A stretch of DNA of 64,000 nucleotides from Haliotis cracherodii (GCF_022045235.1 NW_027266271.1:29512001-29576000), one strand, 5' to 3'. Positions 15,001-29,800 are shown, numbered from the stretch's first letter. Numbers and translations: made by a program. The notes: generated by a model from the letters alone, not told the origin.

Positions 15001-18000
15001 AGAGCACCACTAGCTAATGTACAGGACAAGGTCACCACTAGCTAATGTACAGGACAAGGTCACCATTAGCTAATGTACAGGACAAGAACACATGTAGCTA
15101 ATGTATGGGACAAGAACAACCCTAGCTAATACAAGAACACCACTATCTAATGTACAGGACAAGGTCACCACTAGCTAATGTACAGGACAAGAACACCACT
15201 AGCTAATGTACAGGACAAGAACACCACTATCTAATGTACAGGACAAGAACACCTGTAGCTAATGTACAGGACAAGAACACATGTAGCTAATGTATGGGAC
15301 AAGAACACCACTAGCTAATGTACGGGACAAGAACACCACTAGCTAATGTACAGGACAAGAACACCACTATCTAATGTACAGGACAGGAACACCACTAGCC
15401 AATGTACAGGACAAGAACACCACTAGCTAATGTACAGGACTAGCCACCAGGAATACCACTAGCTAATGTACAGGACAAGAACACCACTAGCTAATGTACA
15501 GGACAAGAACACCACTAGCCAATGTACAGGACAAGAACACCACTAGTTAATGTACAGGACAAGAACACCACTAGCTAATGTACAGGGCAAGCCACCCAGA
15601 ACACCACTAGCTAATGTACGGGACTAGCCACCAAGAATACCACTAGCTAATGTACAGGGCTAGCCACCAAGAATACCACTAGCTAATGTACAGGGCTAGC
15701 CATCCAGAACACCACTAGCTAATGTACAGGACAAGAACACCCAGAACACCACTAGCCAATGTTCAGGTCTAGACATCAAGAAGGCCACTAGCCAATATAC
15801 AGGACTAACCATCCAAAATGCCACTAGCCAATGTACAGGACTAGTCATCCAGATCACCACTAGCCAATGTACAGGACAAGCCACCCAGAACACCACTAGC
15901 CAGTGTACAGGACTAGCCACCCAGAACACCACTAGCCAATATACAGGACTAACCATCCAAAATGCCACTAGCCAATGTACAGGACTAGTCATCCAGATCA
16001 CCACTAGCCAATGTACAGGACAAGTCGCCCAGAACACCACTAGCCAATATACAGGACTAGCCACCCAGAACACCACTAGCCAATATACAGGACTAACCAT
16101 CCAAAATGCCACTAGCCAATGTACAGGACAAGCCGCCCAGAACACCACTAGCCAATATACAGGACTAGCCACCCAGAACACCACTAGCCAATGTACAGGA
16201 CAAGCCGCCCAGAACACCACTAGCCAATGTACAGGACAAGCCGCCCAGAACACCACTAGCCAATATACAGGACTAGCCACCCAGAACACCACTAGCCAAT
16301 ATACAGGACTAGCCACCCAGAACACCACTAGCCAATATACAGGACCAGTCACCCAGAACACCACTAGCCAATATACAGGACTAGCCACCCAGAACACCAC
16401 TAGCCAATATACAGGACTAGCCACCCAGAACACCACTAGCCAATATACAGGACTAACCATCCAAAATGCCACTAGCCAATGTACAGGACAAGCCGCCCAG
16501 AACACCACTAGCCAATATACAGGACTAGCCACCAAGAACACCACTAGCCAATGTACAGGACAAGCCACCCAGAACACCACTAGCCAATGTACAGGACTAA
16601 CCATCGAAAATGCCACTAGCCAATATACAGGACTAGCCACCCAGAACACCACTAGCCAATATACAGGACTAACCATCCAAAATGCCACTAGCCAATGTAC
16701 AGGACAAGCCGCCCAGTGCACCACTAGCCAATGTACAGGACAAGCCACCCAGAACACCACTAGCTAATGTACAGGACTAGCCACCAAGAATACCACTAGC
16801 TAATGTACAGGACAAGCCACCCAGAACACCACTAGCCAATGTACAGGACTAGCCACCCAGAACACCACTAGCCAATGCACAGGACAAGCCGCCCAGAACA
16901 CCACTAGCCAATATACAGGACTAACCATCCAAAATGCCACTAGCCAATGTACAGGACTAGTCATCCAGATCACCACTAGCCAATGTACAGGACTAGCCAC
17001 CAAGAATACCACTAGCTAATATACAGGACTAGCCACCAAGAATACCACTAGCTAATGTCTGCTGTGTGATTTCATATCATACTCGATCAATGAACAATAT
17101 TAGCTTTTTGTGAATTTACAAGCAAAGTCAACACAGTTCCCATGTACTCACTCACTCACTCACTCACTCACTCACTCACCCAACTCACTCACTCACTCAC
17201 TCACTCACTCATTGGTATGTAATATATACTTCAGCCTTTTTCAAATAGCCTTTACAAGAAACTTCTTGTATATCTACTGCATGAATAGAAAAACAGTTTA
17301 TGTTTGTCAGTGTTTAGCTTCTACAAGCCCAGAATAAAATCTTCATTTCAGTTTTATGACATGAATTTTATTCCTCAAACAATATAATTTTCAAATTCTT
17401 ATGTCCAACACTATGTACTACAGCTTCAACATCCTAACATACCTGCCAACTCATTTATTATTCCGGTTTAATAAAGTCAGTGCCAGTCAGTTCATTCCGT
17501 CATTTGTCTCCCCTGTCCCTCTGTACCGCATGTCACATGTCTATTGAGATAAACATCAGGGTAGACACCCTGCCCCGGAGCTGATTGTATAGAGTCTGTG
17601 ATGGGTCATTCAGTCACACAATCAGCTGGCTGTCAATCACACCTGATATTGATTAAGGCATGGAAATTATGACCGGTGAGATATGATCAAGTCATGAGTC
17701 GGTAACCATGTTATATGTTACAGTTTGTTTCACAGTAAACCTTTCAAATGTTGAGACAGCAAAATGGTGCCTTGAACCGTGAGGGACCGACCATCTAAAA
17801 TTCTTTGTGGGGAGGGGATTTGTATTAAAATTAGATATTTTTCAGCTACAGCTAGAAAAAACAAAAAACTTTATTTAAAATCATGAGCCTGAATTTTTTT
17901 TGAGAAACACACCTTGCAACAATGTAATATGTATGGCAATTTCTTTCAACAATCTGAAGCATAATCATTTTTGTCAAGAATTTTTGGGAACTAGTTTGTT

Positions 18001-21000
18001 TTTTCGATAAAATACCAGACCCCCGCTGAATATCAAATGATCGTTTCCTAAGAAAGACTTATCCAAACAGACAGGCATGTGCAAAACATAATTACTTTCA
18101 GACCTATTGTTTTAGTTACTTTGCATTTTGTCTCACTTTTTATCTATGAGAAGGAATGAGCGAAACACCATGTGAGAGGGGAAAACATTTGGAATGCTAG
18201 AAAAATGTTAAGAACATCTGAGAATATTACCGGACTACATCTGGTATTTGAATGCAAGTATTTTACTGAAAAACGGTTGTTGAATTATCCTAATAAAATA
18301 TAATAACCAGGAGCAGAGAGTATCTTCATATAAACAGGAGTTATCTAGACTTGCCCACTATTATAGACTAGGACAGACTAGGATATTCATTTCATTAGTT
18401 AGTGATGATGCCAAGAAACACAAAGCTTTGGCAGAATGGTGAAATAGCATAGAAATTATATAGTGTGCGAAAAGTGAGTCTCTTGACTGGTGACATGAAG
18501 TTATTTAATCACAAGTCACCAAATTTAACAGAAAGACAAAATAGTGTTTTCTTTATTTTTCTTTCTTTCACCTTAATTAATTAAAAAAAGACCTAGGTCT
18601 GTAACCTGTGAACCAAGTCTGGAAGTAATTAAAACAAGACGACTGACAGAGTGGGGCCAGCCACCATTGTAGAAGGTTTACTGGCAGACTGCAATTTGTC
18701 ATTTGAATCACATATCCAGTGCACTTTCTATGAAGTTGGAGTGACGTGGAATGACACGCCTTGTAGTACAGCCACACGTCCTTGCTGATGTCCTAGCTGT
18801 TACTTTGTTCTGAGGACGGAGGACAGGATTATTGTCTTCCCTGGTATGAGGATTGTATTGTATTTGCCGAGTGTGGAAGGTAGTTTATCCATCTTTATTT
18901 CAGAAACACATGTCGCTTTCATCCCCATTTACTGACTCCTACAGATTTCTATTTTTGCGGTGACCATTTAGTTATTCCTTATCAAGTTCCTTTTTATCAT
19001 GTCTTAAATTTGTGCTCTCCATTTTAAGAGAAATATTAAGAAAAATAATTTCTGCCAATTTGTTTCCTGCCTTTCAGTCTCCAATGACACCAGACCCTAT
19101 CACCATGTCCTCACTGGCCGTTAACTCTCCACATGACACCAGACCCTATCACCATGTCCTCATTGTCCGTTAACTCTCCACATGACACCAGACCCTATCA
19201 TCATGTCCTCACAGGCTGTTAACTCTCCACATGACACCAGACCCTATCACCATGTCCTCATTGGCCGTTAACTCTCCACATGACACCAGACCCTATCACC
19301 ATGTCCTCACTGGCTGTTAACCCTCCACATGACACCAGACCCTATCACCATTTCCTCACTGGCCGTTAACTCTCCACATGACACCAGACCCTATCACCAT
19401 GTCCTCATTGGCCGTTAACTCTCCACATGACACCAGACCCTATCACCATGTCCTCACTGGCTGTTAACCCTCCACATGACACCAGACCCTATCACCATTT
19501 CCTCACTGGCCGTTAACTCTCCACATGACACCAGACCCTATCACCATGTCCTCATTGTCCGTTAACTCTCCACATGACACCAGACCCTATCACCATGTCC
19601 TCACAGGCCGTTAACTCTCCACATGACACCAGACCCTATCACCATGTCCTCATTGTCCCTTAACTCTCCACATGACACCAGACCCTATCATCATGTCCTC
19701 ACAGGCCGTTAACTCTCCACATGACACCAGACGCTATCACCATGTCCTCACAGACCGTTAACTCTCCACATGACACCAGACCCTATCACCATGTCCTCAC
19801 TGGCCATTAACTCTCCATATGACACCAGACCCTATCACCATTTCCTCACTGGCCGTTAACTCTCCACAAGACACCAGACCCTATCACCATGTACTCACAG
19901 GCCGTTAACTCTCCACATGACACCAGACCCTATCACCATGTCCTCACAGGCCGTTAACTCTCCACATGACACCAGACCCTATCACCATGTCCTCACAGGC
20001 CGTTAACTCTCCACATGACACCAGACCCTATCACCATGTCCTCATTGGCCGTTAACTCTCCACATGACACCAGACCCTATCACCATGTCCTCACAGGCCG
20101 TTAACTCTCCACATGACACCAGACCCTATCACCATGTCCTCACAGACCGTTAACTCTCCACATGACACCAGACCCTATCACCATGTCCTCACTGGCCATT
20201 AACTCTCCATATGACACCAGACCCTATCACCATTTCCTCACTGGCCGTTAACTCTCCACATGACACCAGACCCTATCACCATGTCCTCATTGTCCGTTAA
20301 CTCTCCACATGACACCAGACCCTATCACCATGTCCTCACAGACCGTTAACTCTCCACATGACACCAGACCCTATCACCATGTCCTCACTGGCTGTTAACC
20401 CTCCACATGACACCAGACCCTATCACCATTTCCTCACTGGCCGTTAACTCTCCACATGACACCAGACCCTATCACCATGTCCTCATTGTCCGTTAACTCT
20501 CCACATGACACCAGACCCTATCACCATGTCCTCACAGGCCATTAACTCTCCACATGACACCAGACCCTATCACCATGTCCTCATTGTCCGTTAACTCTCC
20601 ACATGACACCAGACCCTATCACCATTTCCTCACTGGCTGTTGACTCTCCACATGACACCAGACCCTATCACCATGTCCTCACAGACCGTTAACTCTCCAC
20701 ATGACACCAGACCCTATCACCATGTCCTCACAGGCCGTTAACTCTCCACATGACACCAGACCCTATCACCATGACTTCATTGTCCGTTAACTCTCCACAT
20801 GACACCAGACCCTATCACCATGTCCTCACAGGCCGTTAACTCTCCACATGACACCAGACCCTATCACCATGTCCTCACTGGCCGTTAACTCTCCACATGA
20901 CACCAGACCCTATCACCATGTCCTCACTGGCCGTTAACTCTCCACATGACACCAGACCCTATCACCATGTCCTCACAGGCCGTTAACTCTCCACATGACC

Positions 21001-23853
21001 ACCCGATTCCCTACACTGAAGGTAGTTTCAGAGTATGAAGTCTAAGATTCATTCTTGTAACAGGTAAACTGCCTATTCAACCAATCAGTGCTGAGGGTTC
21101 TACTCGAGGAAATTTTCTTCTGTGTAAATCAAATTTTCTGATTCAAGGTGGCAAGGAAATGAATCCAGATCATTATAGAAAGCAGACATCTGATTGTCCA
21201 AGAGCTAACGCATCCTTCATTTAGATTTGTCGGTCAATGTTCAGGGTTCACCGGATGACCTCTGGTTCTTCACACAGAGAGGTACCATGCTGGGGTAAAA
21301 CATCTGATTTTAATAAGATTATCTAAGATCTGATATTCATTCCATTCAATTCCTCCTTAATTCGGTGGTTAATTTTGCCACCTCTTTTTTTCCAGACAAG
21401 CCTGCAAGCCATGGCAAACCTCCTCCCTCACCAAAGTCAGACAAACCTTCCAGCAAGGTGGCGCCGGAAGTCATGGCAGCACCCAAAGTTGTCAAACAGA
21501 GGTCATCACCCAGACAAATTTCACCAGTGGTAAAGACCCAGGTTCCAACACAGGTGATCTCAAAGGCTTATATTGCTCTGTTACCTCCAAGATGGAGAAG
21601 CTCTTGCTTTCATCACAGGATGGCCTCACATACTGATAAGACAGCGCCAGCAGCCTTTATGCTTGTGTGTTGAAATCATTCAGTCTACCGGCCAACAGTG
21701 GGTTTTGTTCTGGCTCAGCTGTGATATGTCCAATTAAATAGTAGAACTTAAAGTCATTATGTATTCCAGATAGTTCCAGATTAGCTGAATATTTGCATAA
21801 ATAAGAAAACTGAACCACCATGACCCCATTCATTTTGAGTAGCTTTCGTACAAATACAGTAAAATACGTTGATAACGAACACGCTTGTAATGAACTGACA
21901 GATAGAACGATCTTACTTTTTGGTCCTGGCCATTTGCTGTATAGATGTTGTTCATATGCTTATAAGGAACTACGGTTCTAACGAAGTAACATTAGTGGTC
22001 GATTTGAGTTCGTTATAACCGTAGTATACTGTATGCATGATTAAATTGAAAACCCAGCAGTGTAACAACACTGTGCATGATGCCCAGACCATCTCGCGGT
22101 CTGAGCGTCTGACCAGAGAACGGAAGGTCTGGGGTTCGATCCAAAAGACTTTAAAAGATGGTACTTGTTGTTACCCTGTTTGGTGCTCGGCATTAAGGGC
22201 AACATCTGTGTCCAGAGGTATTGAGATTTACTGTTGTAAGAGAGGTCAAGTTTCTCCAGGCTAAGATGCACTTCCCCAGTGTTAATCACATCTACCCGAG
22301 GCAAGTGAGTTAACTTATTCTAAAAGTCCATTTTCCACCCTTGCCGAACTAGGCTGGAATTTCTCAGCTCGTAGGCCACCAGTGGCTATTACAAGTTATG
22401 TCCTTTCCATGTCCCTCCTATTGACCAATCAGATTCCATCTCTCATTTTTCTTGCATTTTCTAAAAACAAAATGATGGCTCCCTGTCAAGACGATGATCA
22501 AGATATATATTGTAATAAAATGTGTCTTACCTCGTGAAGTACCTTGATTTAAAACATGAAAGGATTTGGAAAAACATCTGTTGATGACCAGTTGACGGGA
22601 CACATCCTTTGCAAATCTTGCAGTCAAGTGAGATCTGCACATTGAAATCCATGTTGTTTACAAACCAAATGTTGACTTTGTTACGAGAAATCGGATTGGG
22701 TTATGCATAGGCTTGTTAGTCCAGCCAAAATATAACTCCATAATCCCAGCCTAGTTCGGCAAGGGTGGACACTGGTAACTCTCTTGTGTCAGGAAGATGT
22801 GTCAGTGATAACATACTCAAAGGCTCCAACTGTTATCCCTCTGTGGTGTTTGTGTTGTAGTCTGAAGACACAGCAAAGAAGGAGGAGGACACGCCGAAAC
22901 GGAAGCCCAGGGTGGAGGTCGACATGAACCTGCTGCAGCGCCTCCTGGCAGAGGATTGGTTCCCAAGTGACACTCCACTGGAAGTCAGCCCCGCAGTAGA
23001 AAAACTTCTTGAGATGCTGGCAGCGTTCGGGAAGACACCTGTTGTCCATGGAACGATCTGCGACTACATTGTTGCTCTGCAGGAGTAAGAATACCATTAT
23101 TGTTGTAGAGGCCCTGAAGGAATTCAAGCCCTCTCCCCACTCCCCACCAGAACATCTATATCCCAACCTCTTCCCCCCTCTCATCCCCCCTCTCCCCTCT
23201 CCCCACCCCAACCTCAATATCCCATCCTCTTCCCCCTCTCTTCCCCCTCCCCACTCTAACCTCTTTATCCAGACCTCTTCCCCCCTCTCTTCCCCCCTCC
23301 CCACCCCTACCTCTATATCCCAATCTCTTCCCCCCCTCCCCACCCCTCTCTCTTTATCCAGACCTCCCAACCCATCCTCTCACCCAATCACCTCACTAAC
23401 TCAATGCTGTCCACCACAGGGAAACTCCGATGATGAAGCCGATGATAAAGAAGTTCCAAGAGTGTCTTCTGGACCAGCTGACGTGTGAGATGAGCGAGAT
23501 CCGCTCGGATTGTGTTCGTACCCTCCGTGATCTCGGCATGGACTCCAACGACATCATCACCGCCATCCTCCCCAAACTGGTGGATCCATCAGTAAGTAGA
23601 CTGGCCTAGTGTAACTAGCAGGGTCGGGGATATATAGTGACATTTATGTGTGCATGTGTGAATGTGTGTGTGTCTGCATCTGTGCTCCTGTGCGTATGTG
23701 TGTGTNNNNNNNNNNNNNNNNNNNNNNNNNNNNNNNNNNNNNNNNNNNNNNNNNNNNNNNNNNNNNNNNNNNNNNNNNNNNNNNNNNNNNNNNNNNNNNN
23801 NNNNNNNNNNNNNNNNNNNNNNNNNNNNNNNNNNNNNNTATATGTGAGTGCAT

Positions 23854-23889
<36 letters not shown>

Positions 23890-26800
23890 GCGTGTGCGTG
23901 TGTGAGTGTTCATGCATGTGTATGTGCATGCCCATCTTCCCGACGCAAGAGAGTTAACTGACTTTAAAAGTCCAGTTTCCACCCTTGCCGAACTAGGCTG
24001 GAATTACTGGGCTCGATCATAGCGCCACCAGTGGCTATTATGAGTTATGTCCTTTCTATGCCTCTCCTATTGACCAATTAGACTCAACCTCTCGTATCAC
24101 TTGCATTTGCATCAAACAAAATGGTGGCGCCCAGTCAAGACGATCTGATTGATAATCAAGATCTATATTGTGATAAAATGAGTCTGACATCGCGAAGTGC
24201 ATCGAATCACGTGAGCACCTTGGTTAAAAGCATGAAAAGATTTAGAAAATATCTGTTGACAACGAGTTAGCTGTGCACATGCTTTGCAAATCCTGCAGTC
24301 GACAGAAATCTGCATGACACTTTACGAACCGGATTTCGATTTCAGTGCACGATTTTGATTGGACTATGCATAGACTCGTTAGTCCAGCCAAAATGTAACT
24401 CCATGATACCAGCCTAGTTCGGCAAGGGTGGAAGCTGGACTTTTATAGTCAGTTAACTCACTTGCCTGGGCAGGATGGTGCATGCATGTGTGCGTATGTT
24501 TGTTTGAGACGGAGTATTAACATGGGCCATGTTTCCTGTGTTCTTCAGACAGTATATTGGCAACTAATCATCCTTGTTTGTCCAGCGCGGCGTCCGACAA
24601 GAGTCTGTCATCGCTCTGGTGGAACTGACTGGTGTGAAGGACAAGGAGAGTCTTGCTGACCTCCTCCACAGGCTGGGGGTCACACGGCCCCTGATGTCAT
24701 CCGAGGATGAGGTAACAAACACGTTTCTATCATTACAATATATAACCATTACAGAAATAACTCCCACAAATATACTGGACCTCAATAAGTTGTAAATGGA
24801 AGAACTCTTTGCATGGCATTACACACAGACAGTGACAGGAAATACTTTGCAATTTTTTGGCCCCCTAGGAAAATGCCCTGAAGATTTTGCGGGACAAGAT
24901 TGGCCTGACGAAGCAGCAGAGTGCCACTGTGATAGAAAGTTTCCACGACTGGGTGAGCGACTGGGTCAACAGCTCCATCCCCGGGGTGTTTGAGGGGGAG
25001 GAATACATGACCTTGAGGGTGAGTAGTAGTGGTGGCAGTCTTAGAAATCTTGTACATTTTCTATTTGGCATTTGGCGACGCTTTGGGGTTTTGTTGGTTA
25101 ATGTTCCATGTTTGATAAGACAAATTATAAGATGCAACTACAAAAATCATACCCAAATAAAATACCGTATTTTCTCAATAAACGCAGGGAATCAAAGAAA
25201 TGCAGGGATCTCGATAAAATACTGGGTATCAATTAAACCACATGGTCGTTTTTAGGCAAGTAGTTTGCCCTGTTGTTAAAGTTTATTGATTAAACGCTAG
25301 AGCTAAAGAGTGTATGAGAGACATATACGCCCATAGGATCAAATGTTTGATGGTTGTGCCCCGTCACTGCAAACCTGTTAGAACAGGAACCAAGCAGTCT
25401 CAGAAGTCAACAGTGACTGGGTGAGGGAGTGAGTGAGTATGGTTTTACGCCGCTTTTAGCATTATTCCAGCAATATCACTGCTGGGGACACCAGAAATTG
25501 TCTAAACACATTGTACCCATGTTGAAAATCAAACCCAGGTTTAAGGCGTGACGAGCGAACGCTTTAACCACCAGGCTACCTGACCACCCCTCAGAACTGC
25601 AAATAAAAGGGTTCACCTATGTGTGATGGTGGCTAAACATGAAACAAACAAGAAATGGCTATTCGATGATGATGTATTTGCTATGAGTATCAAAGTTGTG
25701 TTTTGGACCTTAAGTTTGCAGTGTTTCAGCTACTGTTTACAACCTAGTAATTGTTACGAAAATCTTTTTTATAAGTGTATACTGTCTTTAGCCCAGCAGT
25801 TTTCATGATAATTACTGCAGAAATACGAACATCTTGCACGTTTGACAGTTTTGCATTTATTTTACCCCAAATGACTTCATGACAAATATATCACACAAAT
25901 ATTGAACTACATATATTTATTGTTATTTATATTTTGACCAACAGAATTAATAAGTTAGTCCGTAGACCATGGCAATAGAATTGACTGATTGTTTGTTTGT
26001 TGTTTAACAAAACACACAGCAATATTCCAGCTATATGACATTGATCTGTAAATAATTGAGTCTGGACCAGACAATCTGGTTATTGACATCATGAGCGTCG
26101 GTCCATGCCATCAGGGTACGATGACATACATCAGCCAAATCAGTGACCACCTGATTCCGTTTGTCACATCTTACGACAAGCATGGTTTACTGGAGACCTA
26201 TTCTAACCCTGATCATCACTGGGATCTGGGTTGTTAACTATACTCACCACCAAAAGAAACGCAAACCAGAGAAACATATATGAGGAGTATGAACGTTAAG
26301 AAGAGATGTGTCCAATGTGTACCACTTCCTGACAAAACAAACTCTCTGTCAAGTGTTACCACAGAGTATCTTTATTCTTACTATATGCTGCACGTGATTT
26401 CCAAACGCTAATCCTTGACTCATGACGTCACATGTGATGCCTTCATGAGCATCAGTTCACACACCATAACAGTATGTTCGTTTGTGTGTCCAACCTATCT
26501 AATAGCTTACCTGTCTAACATTAAGCAACATGTATGGTAGTTGCGTTTCTTATGTCAGTGAGTATATTTGCTGTATGTACAGGATGGAGAGGAAGCGGGC
26601 GTGGCCAAGAGAGTGAAGATTGTGTCCCCAGATAGTGAGGAGCAAGACAGCTCTCTTGAGAAGGAAAGAAGGGATAGCACATCTTCACATCGGCAGAACG
26701 CTTTCTCCAAAAGGCGTCCAAGCAGATCCGTAAAACGTGAGTTGTTGTTGTCAGTGTTTTTCTGTGGGTGATGAAAGGACATTGAAAGCACTATACCAGT

Positions 26801-29800
26801 CTGTTGTCTTTTTTATCTGATTTGTGTTTTAGATGGGAAAATGTACCAAATATGTGAAATAATTTGTTACTTGTAGAAGATCCTTTCATTATGGAGGGGA
26901 TGGATCATAGACTATTCACTCAGAGACAGGTGCTTCATAGATAGAATACTCAGCAACAGAAACTAACGTCAGTTGAAGTTCATATTGAATATCAATGTTC
27001 TTCTTCCCCAGCTGGGGGCAAGAGTTCCTCCGCGTTGGAGGAGAAGAAGCCAGACGTTACAGAGGAACCCGCTCAGACCCAGCACATGCCAGGGCAAGGG
27101 AGACAACCCACCGAAGTATCAGATCAATTGTCAGGAGGAAGAAAGCCTATGTGTGCCCAGTCTCCCATGTACCAGAACCGGAACACTCCAGAACCCGATG
27201 CCTTCATTCAGGACAAGAATCGGTTGGTGGATGGAATCCTGGAAGAAGGATTTGATGATTAGCTATTTTGAAAAATTCTGACAGAAAATATTCCCTTATA
27301 ATTCAAAATGGTTCCCTATCTCTCAGGAGTGAAGCTATTTTGTCAACTGTTTCCGTTTGGTTGCCATCAGTTTGATCTACCCCATTTACTGAGTGAGTGA
27401 ATTTGGCCTAATGCTGCTTTGAACAGTATTTCTGTAATCTCATGGCCCCTGAATGCTGGAGGTGGTAGGCCTGCCAGTCACTGGACTCATCTCGGTAGCT
27501 AACGCTAAATTACCAAAGTAATATTTTTAGTGCCAACTTAATTTTTTCAAAGATCAAATTCAAAATGCTAAAAGACCAATCAGGTACATGTAATACCTCA
27601 GATGTATTTTACATACATTTGAAGGAACATCATTTACCTAGTCAAAACATTTCACTCACTTAAACACTCACTCACTCACTCACTCACTCACTCAACCCCT
27701 CTCTCACTCACTCACTCACTGCCTCTCCTGTGACATTTCAGGGGCAACTGGACGTCTGAGACCACCGTCCTGCTTCGGGTGGAGTCAAGGTCAGTATTTA
27801 ATGCATTTCTGTGTTGCCATAGTAACTATTGCATTTGTTTGTGGTTGTGATTTCTAGTTGGCATTGAAACATTTGTGCTGTTGACACTGTATGCCTGCAA
27901 CAATGGTGTGTGTTGGTAGTAAAGTCATTAGTAATGCAGTAGTAGTAATTAATGCAATTCTGTGTTGCCATAGTAAGTGGTCAGATGTAACAAATGTTAT
28001 CTTTGGGATAACACTTTCCTAGTAAAGTACAGTTTCTCGCACTTTATGGGTTGAGTCGTATCCGGGATTCAGACTCACAGTACGAGAGTGAGGCACCTCC
28101 CCTCCATCTCGTGCCTCCCCTCCATCTAGCCCCTCCCCTCCATCTCACCCCTCCCCTCCATCTTGCCCCTCCCCTCCATCTAGCCCCTCCCCTCCATCTA
28201 GCCCCTCCCCTCCATCTCACCCCTCCCCTCCATCTTGCCCCTCCCCTCCATCTAGCCCCTCCCCTCCATCTCTCCCATCCCCTCCATCTCACCCCTCCCC
28301 TCCATCTCGCCCCTCCCCTCCATCTCACCCCCTCCCCTCCATCTCAACCCTCCCCTCCATCTCGCCCCTCCCCTCCATCTCGCCCCTGCCCTCCATCTCA
28401 CCCCTCCCCTCCATCTCGCGCCTCCCCTTCATCTCACCCCTCCCCTCCATCTCGCCCCTCCCCTCCATCTCACCCCTCCCCTCCATCTCGCCCCTCCCCT
28501 CCATCTCGCGCCTCCCCTCCATCTCACCCCTCCCCTCCATCTCGCCCCTCCCCTCCATCTCGCCCCTCCCTTCCATCTCGCCCCTTCCTTCCATCTTGCC
28601 CCTCCCCTCCATCTCGCCCCTCCCTTCCATCTCAACCCTCCCCTCCATCTAGCCCCTCCCTTCCATCTAGCCCCTCCCCTCCATCTCAACCCTCCCCTTC
28701 ATCTAGCCCCTCCCCTCCATCTCAACCCTCCCTTCCATCTCCCCCTCCCTTCCATCTCAACCCTCCCTTCCATCTCCCCCTCCCTTCCATCTCAACCCTC
28801 CCTTCCATCTCAACCCTCCCCTACATCTAGCTCCTCCCCTCCATTTCACCCCTTCTCGCCCCTCCCCTCCATTTCGCCCCTCAATGGGACATGGACTACA
28901 AATGAAAGTTACTTAAAGTTGTAATTCTTCAGGTTCCGTCCCAAGGGAGGTTCTGGAATCTCATACCCAGAGCCCCATACTGAAGGATCTGGAAGGAGTC
29001 GCGCCGCCGCCACGGACAGTGGTAGAGCCACCCTCAAAGGTAAGTGTTAACTACATGACCCTACCCCTTGTTACCATGGACACACTGCAATTATTCCCAT
29101 TTTCCGTTACTCATTTCTCGTTTCCCAGTCACAAAACTTACTTGTTTTTCTGGTAAAGAAGTCCAACAAATATGGTTCTCCAGGTAGATAAATAAATTTG
29201 ACATAACTTTCTTTTCTTTTAAATAGATTAAGATGACATTGACCTTGACAGTGGAATGATCTTTGCACTAAATATATATTGCTGGCTGATGAAGCTGATA
29301 TCATGCTCCATCTTTTGAACACATCTTTGTATCATTGTAATTCTAGGCTGAAGCATCATCAAATTATATCTTCCTGATTCAGGTGAGCTACAGTGCCGTG
29401 GCTGTACTTTGTTAACCCCATGCTGTTAAGGGTGTTCTGTGTGCCCACCATCAGGAGATGTGACACATGGAGAGATATAAATGTCTTGTTGGCCATGAGG
29501 CTCAATGTGTTCTTGTGCCACTACTGCCAAGAAAACACAACTCTGATACAGATGATCCTTGATTGGTTATTGTCAAATAATCCATAATGGATAAAAACCT
29601 GGCAATATTTCAGACTTCACACAATATTGCTGTTGTAATGATCTGACACCAATACCTGGTATCACACCAGCTCAGTACAATAACAAAAGCAGACTTGTCC
29701 GTATGATCGCCCTGATCACAAACCTATGTCACAGTACCTACGTCCACCAATTGAGCTTGACTAATTGCCATGTTGTTGGTGGAATATAACAGACACGCTC

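Noticed and set aside
15696-16760. 354-aa hydrophobic Trp/Val ORF
   Set aside because: Antisense translation of the 36-bp satellite segment
19078-20999. CRISPR-like regular array (also 2131-3365, 58462-58845)
   Set aside because: Units are contiguous with no unique spacers, no cas genes, eukaryotic context
23615-23982. ORFs containing X runs
   Set aside because: Span the N gap and (GT)n repeat
28051-28830. Pro/Ser-rich extensin-like ORF
   Set aside because: 18-bp C-rich minisatellite with no splice boundaries
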